A DNA stretch of 64,000 nt, taken from positions 186,001 through 250,000 of the forward strand of contig JALMLS010000149.1 of NCBI GenBank assembly GCA_038496445.1, written 5' to 3'. The stretch comes from Trichosphaerium sp. ATCC 40318 (taxonomy: Eukaryota > Protista > Tubulinea). Below are positions 47,093 to 59,283 of this stretch, in pieces (the first letter of the stretch is position 1; each line of letters starts with the position of its first letter). The position numbers and the translations under genes were made by a program. The notes beneath the pieces are model-generated. The model was not told the origin of the DNA, did not search any database, and saw only the letters and a list, made by a program, of their open reading frames with translations.

Positions 47093-48177
47093 ATGAGCTC
47101 TAAAATATATGTTACGCCTCCCCTTGATACCACAAATAAGTTTTATATGCTAGAAGCCTTCACCGTTCGTGTATATGTTAAACCAGCTCCAACAAAAGAT
47201 TGCTTAGTGTACATTGTATGTACCAAAGCTTGTCCTGCTAGAAATGGTAGTTAGAGCATTCGTTGATTATTTGTTTTAAAGGTCACCAACATTGTCGATG
47301 AAAGCAACCCAGAGGGAGAGTGGCATAGTGTTATTGTTGATAGGAAGGAAATCGTTAACGGTCAGCTTGAATGTACTAAACCTTACTTCCTACTGCGAAG
47401 GGTAGATTTGAATATACAGGTACGTGATAAAAAGGTGTTTAGCTATTAATAAATCAAACACGTTCAGTAAAGGTTGGCACTGCATCAAATTGGAAATGGG
47501 CAGGTGATTACAAACAAAATGGTATTGTCGTCATTTCAGCGCCTAGCAAGAACGATAAATGGACTCAAGGTTCTTATATTAGCACAGAAACCAAAAAAAA
47601 AACTGCTTTTTTTTTTAGGTCCTCAGTACAAACACTTTGAGGACGACGTTTACGTTGGCAATTTCATTGCTGCCTGCTCTCCAAATCTCGGATTTACGGC
47701 AGTTTTGAATATGGCAGAAGAACTAGGTACATAGTCACTTTTTTTTTCTTCTTCAGCTATTCTCATATTTTTCTGTTTTTCCTTCCAACTTTTTCGTTTG
47801 TAGATGTTCCACCACGTGACGGTATCGAATACATTAAAATTGGTACAATCGATGGAGCCAATCATCCCATAAAATCGCATATTATATCTGACGCTATTGA
47901 ATGGATCATCGAACAAAGAAAAAAGCACAAGAAAGTACTAGTATGTTAATTACACTAAGTATTTTGTATTTAATGGTACTACCAGGTTCATTGTAGAGCT
48001 GGTATAGGCCGCTCAGGGTCTATAGGCGTGGCGTGGCTATATCATCTACATAGAGACTGGTCATATGACAAAGCCACATATGAAGGAAAGAAACGTAAAC
48101 CAGGGATTTACCCGCATGCCAAACTTTGTCAAACTCTTCAAACTTTATACCCAAGAGTAAATAAACAAACAAGATAG
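47093..48177 (+). CDS. Dual-specificity phosphatase with N-terminal beta-rich domain
   Basis: VYVGN, AVLNMAEE, catalytic VHCRAGIGRS. Confidence 0.85.
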
Positions 48178-48420
48178 TTCAGTAGTGAAATTCACAATGT
48201 CATACCTCTAGCTCTGTAGTAGAGGTTGCTGTGATAAAAAACTTGTTTTCACATAACCTACGCAGTGGCAGGTTTGTAGAGTAGCGTAGTCAAAAGTAAG
48301 AAGCTCATCTAAGAAAATGGACTGAAATCTAGAATTTTTTGCGAAATGAACTTACGTCACAAGTTATTTGTACATTTTTTGTAAGCAACTTTATTAACAA
48401 ACTATCTTGTTGTGGCTATA

Positions 48421-49170
48421 TTATTTCTCTGTAATCAATTGTCTAAGCCCACCATTGTACTGAGATAATTTAAGTGATAATAGCAGCCGGATATCACGTT
48501 TTGAAAGTAGTTTAATAAGTTCTGGCTCAAAAACAAGTACTTGGAATATTGCCCACATAGACGTCAAAGCTTTTAGCAGTTCGTTATCATATGTTTCTTT
48601 GTTTAATGACCATAAACCAACAATGACAATTGTTGTTATGAAAGAACCAATAGATAGAATCACACTTCTTCTTGACTGTCTGTAAATATACACGGTGAAG
48701 AGCATTACTGAGCCAGGGAATATCCCATTTTGTGGAATACCAAAAAGATTTGGCATGTATTTAAAACCATTCTTAGCACTTGCAGTCACTATTTTCACTA
48801 CACCAATATAAACAACCAAGAGAGAGTACACGGATATACCCACTAGTAGAATTGTTCTCCGCCTTGCTGGAGATGTACAAAAGTAAAAGTAGCACCAAAG
48901 CCTAAGCGAAAAAGTTATACAGTTTCTATCCAATGATTTTGTATGGGTATAAAAATACGCGTACAAGAGCTGCATAACCACTATACATGACCAAAAGGAA
49001 TCCGCTTGTCTATCTACTACTAGTATGCGTAATAGAAAAGAGAATGCAACCGCTATAGCCACAATGTTCGCTACTGTAACCCAAGCAAGTTCAAGACATG
49101 CCACAGCGCTAATACCAATTTTTGCAAGGTACTTTACAATACCTACAAGTTCAGCTGGAGGTCTATACAT
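48421..49170 (-). CDS. Intronless multi-pass membrane protein (249 aa), unknown function
   Basis: Uninterrupted 750-nt ORF with ~6-7 hydrophobic segments. Confidence 0.6.
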   Translation of the reverse strand: MYRPPAELVGIVKYLAKIGISAVACLELAWVTVANIVAIAVAFSFLLRILVVDRQADSFWSCIVVMQLLYAYFYTHTKSLDRNCITFSLRLWCYFYFCTSPARRRTILLVGISVYSLLVVYIGVVKIVTASAKNGFKYMPNLFGIPQNGIFPGSVMLFTVYIYRQSRRSVILSIGSFITTIVIVGLWSLNKETYDNELLKALTSMWAIFQVLVFEPELIKLLSKRDIRLLLSLKLSQYNGGLRQLITEK

Positions 49171-49541
49171 GATGTTTTGCTGTACAAGACAACGTGGCTA
49201 AAACAAAATCAGGTGAGTCAGCCACATTCTGTGAATGCAACCTAAAAAAGACCGCAGGCGTTTGCTTTTGAATGTTTTCGTTGATAATATTACTGTGTTG
49301 ATTGATTTGAAGCAATTTTTGGGTTTTGAGCGGTTAACGTCTTGGTTAGTTCAAAGATAGACTACCCTCGAACAAAGTTTGTCACCACGTGATAATAGAA
49401 TATGATATTTTGACAAGCTCAAACAAAAAATGGAGGCAAAAAAAAGAGATAAATTCTAGGCAAAAAAAACCCATCGTAAAAAAGACGACCAGCCTTTGCA
49501 TAGAAGTTTTGTCAGAGTTTGAAGCTCGTTTTCGGCGCGTG

Positions 49542-49905
49542 TCAGTTAATTGGTAGTTGGAGACTGTATCATTTTTTACATACAGGTTGTTCGGTTGAGT
49601 TGCAGTGAATAGTTGAGAAAAGATGGATTTATTAGTATGGAAAAACTGGCTGCTATTTTTTGACTTCGAATAAATTACATTACAGCAGAATTTGAGAATA
49701 CCCTTTGTGTATTCGATTGTACATCGAATATCATTGCGCGCAATTCCGGAGGTAACGGTCAATACATTCAAACAAAAGAAAGTGCAAGTGATCCAACACC
49801 ACAATTAAAAATTCCTTCCAAGAATTTTGTTTAGAATCATCTAAGGTATTTTTATCAGCCCAAGAGTTCTACTGAAAAAATCATAGGCAACAAATAATTT
49901 TCCGT
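49542..49905 (+). repeat. Distal upstream block of the cassette (homolog of ~1859-2195)
   Basis: Colinear matches TCAGTTAATTGGTAGT, AGCAGAATTTG.GAATACCC, TTCCGGAGGTAACGGTCAA, AAGAGTTCTACTGAAAAAA, ATAATTTTCCGT. Confidence 0.85.
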
Positions 49906-49997
49906 ACCAATTCAATTATAACGTAAAGATTGAAAGAACTTATTGAAGTGATGCAAAAAAACTATTCTTCCACAAAGTTGTTTACATTAATTTGTTT

Positions 49998-50501
49998 TTA
50001 TTTTATCTTTTTTACATGTACAGTTTCGAGTGCGCTAGAAAGGGTTCGCGTAGTTGTGGATTCGTTAAAGCACGCAGATACAAAGTTGAGGAGTGTGGTT
50101 GATGCTCGAGTTTTTTTCAAAGCAAGAAGTTGTTGGTGCCTGTCCAGTGTTTTTACGCAATCAAATTCGCCTCCAAGGGTGAGCCAGGTAGCCAAGCATC
50201 CGAGTTGGTGAATATCGCTTCTTTGTTGCTCTTCAAGTCCCAGAGGGCTGTAGCCAGTGTTCTTGTCGTCGTTGAGCGAACCAGTGAGCATTAGGCAGTG
50301 TTCTTTTCGGTGGACTTTTATGTTTTGTCCATCAATGTGCGTGTAAGCATATCCTGCTTGATGTAACGCGCCAAGCTGTATCACCGTAGCTTTTAGAACC
50401 ATGAGAACTGTTTTATGCTTTAATCCTTTACGCGCAAATTGCTCGAGGGTTTGGGAGGTAGGTTGTTTCGTCTTGTTGTTGAGGGATGATCGGATAGGCA
50501 T
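49998..50501 (-). CDS. Kinase C-lobe-only pseudokinase-like protein, copy B (167 aa, more diverged)
   Basis: Paralog of 2748-3269: [41 protein letters not shown]; intact ORF. Confidence 0.75.
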   Translation of the reverse strand: MPIRSSLNNKTKQPTSQTLEQFARKGLKHKTVLMVLKATVIQLGALHQAGYAYTHIDGQNIKVHRKEHCLMLTGSLNDDKNTGYSPLGLEEQQRSDIHQLGCLATWLTLGGEFDCVKTLDRHQQLLALKKTRASTTLLNFVSACFNESTTTRTLSSALETVHVKKIK

Positions 50502-51691
50502 TTTGAGTAGAAGAGTTGCGTGTTGTGTTTGTTGTAGATATTATTGGTGCGTACGCATATACTGCGCAGTTTGCAGGCCGATAATGTAGAGTACTCGGAG
50601 AAACATTGTAACGCACTGAACAAATCCTTTTGAAGACATATGTCCTTGGTGGTTGGCGTAACAGCGTGGTTAGAATCGAATTGATTTGCATTTTTAGTTT
50701 GTTTCCATCTTTGGGGAAAAAGGGAGAAACAAAGTCTGGGCAATATTTTACGAACCGTTACTCACTCAACAAACACTTAGATACGTTGAATAGGGTTCTT
50801 AATTCAACGTCACAGCGTTTCCGGCTTATTCAGGCGTATTTCGGTTGAGGAAACGTGATTTAACCGAGATCGGTTTCAGGGTTATGAAACAACAAGTTCA
50901 TGCCTTCTACGCTATATAATAGCGTCGTAGTGTTTTGTGAAAGGTACAATAGTGCTTTGTACCTATTACTGTCTGCAAAATGTACTAAAAAAAGGAATGT
51001 AGAAAGCTGCACAGTAAAATGTTTGCCTGGCTCTGGTTTTCTCCGCAGAATGCTTTGGTAATGATAATGCGTAATGCCATTATCCAGGTTAGATAGTGGT
51101 CGTGAATAATGTTGGGAATTCCCGAACGTTGGTCGATTGTGGTTAACATTTGCAATTTTTTACAATCTTTTTTTTGTACAATTACAGACTATTTGTTAAC
51201 TAAAATAGGACGATATAAAGCGATGTACCCTTTAAAAATCCCTACTACGCTAACATATGGCATAGAACGCATGAATTTCTTTTGTTATCACCATTAAACT
51301 GATCTCGATTAAAATCACGTTTCGGCAACCGAAATACGCCTGAATAAGCCGGAAACGCTATGGCGTTGAATTGAGAACTATCTTCAATTGATTTAACATG
51401 TCGCTTGGGCAGTTAGCGTATTACTTCGTAAGTACTATGGACTTTGTTTTGTTGACTTTTGGGTTTTAGTTCTCCTCTTTTCTCCAGACTGAAAAAAACT
51501 AAAAGTGCAATTCAGTTGATTCTTAACATGCTGTCACACCAACATCAAAGGCTATCAGTCATTACGATGGTATGGTTCGATATGTTTCTCCGAATACTCT
51601 ACAATGTTAGTTATCGGCTTTAACTGCGCAGTATACGCGTGTACGCCAATAATATCTAACTACTAATACCATCGCAACTCTTCCAAACAAA

Positions 51692-52216
51692 ATGCCAATC
51701 CTATCATTCCTCAAGAACAAGAAGAACCAACAACCGACCTCCCAAAGCCTCGAACAGATTGCACGTAGAGGACTCAAACACAAAACAGTTCTGAAGGTGC
51801 TCAAATCGACGGTGATAGAACTGGATGTCCTACATCAAGCAGGATATGCTTACCAACGCATAAACGGACACAACATCAAAGTCCATCGCAAACAACACTG
51901 TTTGATGCTCACAGGTTCTCTCAGCAACAATGGCAACCCTCTAAACAGCTCTCTGGTACTTGAAATGCAACAAAAAAAGGATATTCACCAACTCGGATGC
52001 TTGGCAACCTGGCTCACCATCGGAGGCGATTTTGAGAACGTACAAACACTGGACAGGCACCAACAACTTCTTGCTTTGAAAGATGCTCGAGCTTCGGCGA
52101 CACTCATTAACTTTGTATCTGCGTGCTTTGGTAAAACCACAACTACGCGGTACCTTTTTTCCACACTAGAAACTGTACATGTAAAACAGTTAAAAATAAA
52201 AAACAGATTTATGTAG
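51692..52216 (+). CDS. Kinase C-lobe-only pseudokinase-like protein, copy C (174 aa)
   Basis: Nearly identical to copy A (one codon insertion, a few substitutions). Confidence 0.75.
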   Translation: MPILSFLKNKKNQQPTSQSLEQIARRGLKHKTVLKVLKSTVIELDVLHQAGYAYQRINGHNIKVHRKQHCLMLTGSLSNNGNPLNSSLVLEMQQKKDIHQLGCLATWLTIGGDFENVQTLDRHQQLLALKDARASATLINFVSACFGKTTTTRYLFSTLETVHVKQLKIKNRFM

Positions 52217-52439
52217 ACAACTTTTGTTACGAGTTCTAAGATTTCGCTTTACAAGTTTCTACCGAGTTTTGACGCTAGATTCACGCGCGACGCTACTCAA
52301 TTTCACGAGTAGAGGCAAACTAGTGCTTGATAGAAAAAGAGACCATTGCTCAATATTAATCTGCTCAAATATATTACGGCAGAGACTTGCCTAAGGCGGG
52401 CTACAATAATTTACAAAAAGAGGGCGCCAAAAAATTCAT

Positions 52440-53369
52440 CTATGAGTGTGTAGGTTGTATATACTCTTTAGGTTCTTCTAAGGAACCAAAAAGAATATCT
52501 GGTACAGTATCAACACACCCAAGCGCAAGATTTTTGAAGTATTTTCTGTGGTGCTGATAATGACGTTGTTGTCTTACTTTCCACCATGTTGTATTTGCTA
52601 GCCATTTAGGTGGATTCTGCGTGTGGTATGACTACATCAATATTAGTTAGTTTGTGAGCAAATACGTTTAATCACGTGATGACAGAAAGCAAAACAAAAA
52701 AAATCGAAAAAATAAAAATCTAGCGTTACAAACCGCAACAAACTCAACGGCGTCTTTTCGTTCGATTTTGTCGTAATAATTTTCAACCAAAAAAAAAAAA
52801 CAAACAACGCTTAGTTTACCTGATGTAGCCGTTCAGATACCATTGCGAGTACCACGAGTTCAGTAATAATAAATAAACCTGTTTGTAGACCGACGAAGTA
52901 GCAAAGTGCAGGACAAAACCCAAGTGCAAAAACAGTATACCCAGGCGCTAATACCACGCGTGTTAGTTCTAGAATATGTACGGACACAACACTATCCGTT
53001 TTGTAAAAAAGAACTGTTTTATCGGCTTTTTTACAAAACGACGTTCAAGGCGCGTAAGTGTGACAGCGTGTTTGCGTTGTGCAAGAATATCAGAATAGCT
53101 GGTTTCTCTGTGTTTCGTACCTTTCAACGGAAAGCTTGATCGCTCTTGATATGTTGGTGTGGTTAATCTACTAGGAGGATACTCTTTTATGTGGTGTTCT
53201 AAGTGCATATCGTGTACGGAGCGCGGACAGATGCGTGAGTGTACTACAGCTATTAGACACTTGATAACCAACAGTTATACCAATTTTACGTACTGAATCT
53301 GTGCAAACACCATCCGAGAATTGTGTACGCATAGTAAGTGATAATAGCTACAGATGCGATGTATAGCAT
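52440..53369 (-). CDS. Fatty acid hydroxylase / sterol desaturase superfamily protein
   Basis: Spliced translation has His boxes HRFxH, HLEHH, HQSYH, HYQHH and terminal DILFGS. Confidence 0.8.
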
Positions 53370-53537
53370 AGCTAGTGTGGTAGTGGAAGGAGTGTGAAAT
53401 AAAATGACGTTTATCGTCGAAATTACAAAAGAACCAACTTAAAACGATTAAGTGATGCTCGTATGATCACGTGTAGTTCAACCAAAAAAAGACTAAAAAC
53501 AATAGCGTTAAAAATTATTATTTACAAAGGCCATAGT

Positions 53538-55101
53538 TTAGCCAAAGGCAAAGAACATGCTGTACACATAGACAACCATACACAAAGCAACACCACCAAC
53601 AATGATGACTGGTAGTACAATATCATTATCATGTTCCTCGTCTTCCTTTGTTTTAGTATTAACTTCAGGCTTCTTCTCCTGTTCTTGTGTTTGTGTTACA
53701 GATGTCACAGCTGTAGTAGTTGTGGCAATCTTCTCAGTGGCAGGGTTATTATTGACAACCTCAGTTTGCTTTGCTGGTTTTTCTTCAATGGCAGATTTTT
53801 CTTGCCTTTTGCGCCTTCGCAAGAGACTTCGCTCTTCTCTTTCTCTATCTAGGCGTTCTACATGTTTATCATCCCACTTATTAGTATCTTCTGTATTAGC
53901 AGAAGCGGCAGGTGCTACTATTTTTTCAACCCTTTCAGAAACTTCTGTCATTATTTCATCAAGTTCCATTATTTGAGTTGTAGGTGTTTCATTACTTATA
54001 TCTCTTGGAGTAACTATAGTACTCTCTATATTCATTGGTGATGGTGTAGGTGTATTCTCTTCAGGCATTTCTTCAGTATCAGAATCCATATTAACTTCGA
54101 CCTAGGTGAGTAAGTTAAAAGAGATGTTTTAGGTGACAGCTATATTGAAAAAAAAAGTACCATTATAGTCGGTTCTTCCACTTCACTCGCTGATTTTACA
54201 GGTGCTGAAGCACTACGTAGAACAGATGATGCGTGTTTAACAGGAACAGATATACTCCTTTGAATATCCATCTGCTCAATAGCAGCTGTAGTAAACGAGT
54301 CCTTTAAAAAAAAACAGATAAGTAAGAAGATAAACTTCTTGAAGACTTTCTCAAGGTTTTTTTTTGGCAAACGTATATGTCGACTGAAAGGAGCTGGTAC
54401 GTACGTCTTTTTTGACAGGTGTTTCTACTGGTTTAGGTTGCTCTTGGGCAGATACAAATTGACGCAATTTAGCAAAGACCTTGTCATTGTTAGGCTTGGC
54501 AACCTTAGGTTTTGGAGGTGCATCTTCTCCGTGTGTGATGCCTCCAATACCCCATGATTTCGTGTTTTTAAACTCATGGTATACCTGTAGAAGTGTTTTT
54601 AGCGCAAAGAGCTTATGCAATGTCATTTTTTTTTTGTAGTTTTGGTAGTTCTTTTTAGTGTACTGGGCAATATGGTTGGTTACGTACCATAGATAGATAC
54701 GTCATAATAGAACGAGGTTCTGGGCGCGATAAAAGCATGTCTTCAGGTTCAAGAAGACTAACAATACCCACACTCTCTGCTGCAGCAAACGCTAGCCGGT
54801 AGAGTGAGAAAAAGGAAAAAAAATCTTTAACGTTGAAGCTACGAATGATGTACCTTTTTCTAGGTTGCCCTGCGGGTCATCTGGGCTAAGATCGTCCATA
54901 GAAATGGCGTCAGGCCTATATTTATTCACAATCGCGGCAAACGCTGTCATACAATTATAAACTGCATCATATGACACTGGTAGTACCATAACCATCTTTC
55001 CAAGATGTTGTGAAGTTTGTTATTTTAACATTACTGTACCCAGCGGTAGCAGCTTTACACCAAGCCAACAACCCGTCCTTTCCTGTCTTACGCTTCTTCA
55101 T
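53538..55101 (-). CDS. Calponin-homology-domain protein with C-terminal transmembrane anchor
   Basis: [56 protein letters not shown]; acidic/Thr linker; terminal [27 protein letters not shown]. Confidence 0.85.
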
Positions 55102-55378
55102 ACGTGTTTAAACAACTGAGAACTTAATTGCTTCCGCTTAAAGAAACTCGACTTCACAACCTCGTTTATTCGTTCCGATGACAAGAATGAAAACCATCAC
55201 AATTGCAAACGATTACTGACTTAGCCATTCTCTCAGAGGTATTGTGATGCATCAGCAACCGTATACGTAATAGGCCCTTACAATTTGACATCACATGCAG
55301 AAATCATCTTTTTTTTTAATCAACGTTTTGTATTTTACAGGTTAGTATACTAACTATTATTATCTAAAGGAACACAGT

Positions 55379-58014
55379 CTACGACTGTGCGCTTTGGATA
55401 CACGGATCATCTGTTTGTCCTTCGTCCGATTCTTCCTCGGATTCTTTGCTTGGTTGAACCAGTTCCTCTGGTTCTGATTCTTCTGATTCTTCTCCTGCTT
55501 CTTCTGGTTCTTTTGGTTCTTTTGGTTCTGGCTCTGGTTCTGGTCCTTGTGAATCGATACCAGAAGAGTCATTACGACGACTGTTTATGCCACTACTGCC
55601 GCCTGTAGCACTCGTCACAGTCATTGGTCTAGTAGACCTTTTTGTAGACCCAAAGCTCCTTTGCTGAGGAGTCAACCTCGCTGCTAGATCTAGAAATATT
55701 CGTTAATCATAGTTTAGTTCTTAATGTAAAAACTGCTTACTATGCCATCCAAAACGCTCTGATAATTGCACAAGTGAAAGAAGCAACTCATTATAGAATA
55801 CTTGTATCACTAAAACAAAGATGTCATCGTTAACAGCCACTTGGTTCTATCTTAGTAGTTACCTAAACAAGCAACAGATAATATGGCTGAGCGACAGAAT
55901 ACATTGACTTGATTCCACACTGTTTGCCAGGCAGTTGGCACTAAGTTAAAGTCTACAACAAAGATAAGTCTCTGATTGTTTGCTCTTTTCTTTTAAAACC
56001 ACGTACTACAAGTTCCAGGATTAGCTCTTTCACAATTTAACCAACTATAAAAGCCAGCTACAGCTTTATCATTAGGAATAAATATACGACGGAAAGCCAA
56101 TGACATTGGAACACAGATGAAATACAAGTAGATCACAATCCAAACAACAAGTACTGCTTGACTTCTCCAATAGTTTTTCTGAGTTTTATCCATTCCTCTA
56201 CCTCTACGCTTACCAGCATATCGTCTCATTCTAGCGAACTCCTAAAAGAAAAAAATGAGAATTAAATTCAGTTCAGTTGATGAATCATCGATTTCTCGCA
56301 TACTTTACTTAGATAGAAACCAAAGGCTATAAGACCAACAACGCCAACACCTTGAGTGATGGCAAGGTTAGCCACTAGTACTTTATTTATCTTCGTGTTT
56401 TCCGTTTGTGCTGCAAAAATCATTGAGTTTAAGGTAGATTTTTACACGTATAAGTAACGTACTGACACAGTTTGTAGAAACAAAGTGATTTGGACCAAAG
56501 TAATCACTAACTCCCAGGTATATATCAACGCAAATTTGTACTACCCATGGAGCAGCAACGAAAACAAAACTAAGGAAAAAAGATTAAATCCAACTTTGGT
56601 AAGCAGAGGTTGTTTTGGTCGCCGAAGCGTTTTACTGAAAACACGTACTGCCCAAACAATTTTGGCTTAGACTGTGCTATAAACATGTAAACCATGCCAG
56701 CAACCCATGAAACAAAAGCATAGTCCGAAAGAGTAAGAAAGTGGTACATCCATAACCCTGCAATTAGTTAACAAAATTGAGGAATTGTTCCTTGTTATCG
56801 TGCCTTGGAATGTACAAAATGGCGAGTCCTGTCGTCTTACATAAACTGCTTCATTCTTGCAAAGCAGTTCTTCAGAATTAAGGAATAAACTAGGAAAGTA
56901 ACCCAAGCTATTTAAGAATACATACCTAGATACAAGCAATTAACATTAAAATTTCGTAACCGTGTTTCTTTGTTCCTATGAACAAAAAAAAAAGGTATTG
57001 GATCCTTACCACATGATTAAACAATGGAGTGTCAAAGGAAATCCTCTCTTCAATGCTACTTTTGTAGATATAATAACAGCAATCAACCCCAATATAATTG
57101 AAGTGGGAACAAATACAAACATGAGCTGCGTTTTGAATAATCAGAAAAAAAGCAAGTGAAAAGGGTTCATCAGAAAAAAAAAGGTGCACTTACAATACGT
57201 TCTGTTCCGGAGGCATCGTTTATATAGCGCTTTGGACAACCGAGTGCGCACATTTCTACAAAGCCTTCTTCATGATCGGGGTTGTAAAGTGTAGGATATT
57301 GACAGTCTGATGGTTTTGGCGTCACAGTTTCATTGTTGCAATTTTCATCAGCGTAATCATCTATGGTAGCTAAAGAGGCAAAGTATTAGAATAGAGATAG
57401 TTTCCTAATCTAGAAAGGTAAAACGGGATAAACCTAGTTTGTCTTGCAAAAAGTTTCCTAAACTATATCGCACCGTCTCCAATACCAATAGAAGTGACTG
57501 ATGAGCAATTTGGAGCTAAAGCAGCTGCTTGTTCACCAAATAATGTAAGGAGACAGTGTCGAAGGTCTAGGCACTCACTACGGCATGCAGCGACAGGAAA
57601 GACGAATGCGCCTAGAAGTTGGTTAAGAACACTAGACTTTGTAGCAAACCTAATAAGAGTTGTCGTACCGCTAGAACACTGGCGAAATAACTGTTTGCAA
57701 ACCACCCGTTTAAATATTGTTGCGCATCTATTACCAAATTAATGTACGAAGCTTTCGCCAAGTATTAAAAAAAGACAATGCGATCATCTACTACAAGGTA
57801 CATACTCTTTATTGGCCAAGTATAGATCAGAAATTGGTGAGCGTATTTGCGCGTCATAAATATCTAGCAAGAAAGACGCGTTTTCGTTGGGTGGTACAAT
57901 AAATGTATAATCATCTCTAAAACCGCAAGGGTTGCTCGTTGTATTTGCCATTACGCAACTCTGCGCATTTACAGCAATAATGGCGATTGCTATTAATGCT
58001 AGCGCGCGATACAT
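55379..58014 (-). CDS. Signal peptide + Cys-rich ectodomain + multi-pass (~7 TM) membrane protein with acidic tail
   Basis: MYRALALIAIAIIAVNAQSC..., Cys-rich exons, several hydrophobic exons, EPEPEPKE/E-rich C-terminus. Model approximate. Confidence 0.65.
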
Positions 58015-58240
58015 TGCCAAATAAACTATGTGCCCTATTTCGAGAAAATAGACAACATTTTTGGCTAAACGCACAAACTTGGACCGCAAATAAAAAACCC
58101 CAATGTACCCACGAAAACGTATTCTACGACTTCTAGACGCACCAAAAAAGAAAGTACTGCTTGTTTTGTGACGTGACGAAACAAATCAAACGTTAATCGT
58201 GACCAAATCGTTCTGTGTTGAAAAGGCAGTGCTTTTATTG

Positions 58241-59283
58241 TCATGTATCAACATCCATATCATCAACAGGTTCAGCTTCTTCTTTCCCTGCTTCATTTGT
58301 TTCATTATCTTTATCTCCATTTTCAATTTCATTCTCGTCTTCTTTATGTTCTTCCTCTACTTCACCTGGTATTTTTGCACCTGGAGGCGCCCACCAAGTA
58401 AGTCTACCTAAACCAGACATATCAAAGGTTCCCTTTTTGTTGTCAAGGATTCATAAACAATCAAGTAAATACAAAAACCAAAACGTGTGGATACAAATAC
58501 AAGCATTGGTGCTCGAACAAACCTAGACAAAATTTTAGCCTCAGGGTTTTTATAGGGTTCAACGACTGGAACGTACTCTTCTTCTTTGTTTGAAGTAGGA
58601 TCGTGTTTTGATACAGATGGAGGACTGAACTCGACACGTTCAACTCTTAATCTGACATACTTTCCCATCTCAATAGGTAACTCATGCTCATAACCATTAT
58701 CAAAATATGACCACACCCATTGTCCTAATTTGGCATCGCTGAGCACGTGTTTTAGTCATCAGTGAGGTGAAATTTTTACAAAAAATGGAACGTACTACTT
58801 GCTGTTCTGCATCATGCTACCAGCTTGAATGTACACATTATCAAAAAAATTAAGTGATATTTGTATGCCCTCTTCTGAACAACCAATTGCTTTTCCCACT
58901 AATATTTGTCCTGCAAATGGACGAAATGTAATGAGTCTGTACGTTTGTAAGTGTTTGGAAGCATTTAAAAGCTTGCCTACCTAAATCGTACTCTGACATG
59001 GCTACCACCGTCATTTGGATACACAAAGCCTTCTGTTATATCTAGAACATCGTACATGGAGATGAAAAGCCCAACGCCTTGTGACACCTAAAAACCGCTT
59101 TTGCAAAGGCGCTATTGCTACTAATCGTACTGTATTCATGTATTTTTTATTAATTTCATACTCTATAGCCTCCAGCTGCGTGTCGAACTGAGAAGGCGGA
59201 ATACGCACAATATCTTTGAGCGTTACCAAAATAAACTACATTGCGCGTAAGTAGACGTATATGAGGTATTTTTGTACAGCCAT
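58241..59283 (-). CDS. POLR3H: RNA polymerase III subunit RPC8/RPC25
   Basis: FILVTLKDIVRIPP, FRPFAGQILVGK, ISLNFFDNVYI, WVWSY, GLGRLTWW. Confidence 0.88.
58433..58494 (-). other. Candidate U12-type GT-AG intron
   Basis: 5' GTATCCAC (partial match to GTATCCTT), branch ATCCTTGAC ~10 nt from AAG. Splicing gives in-frame LVF|GTF. Confidence 0.55.

Noticed and set aside
47370-47420. Apparent frameshift in the dual-specificity phosphatase
   Set aside because: A phase-0 GT..AAG intron keeps the frame open without invoking an indel.
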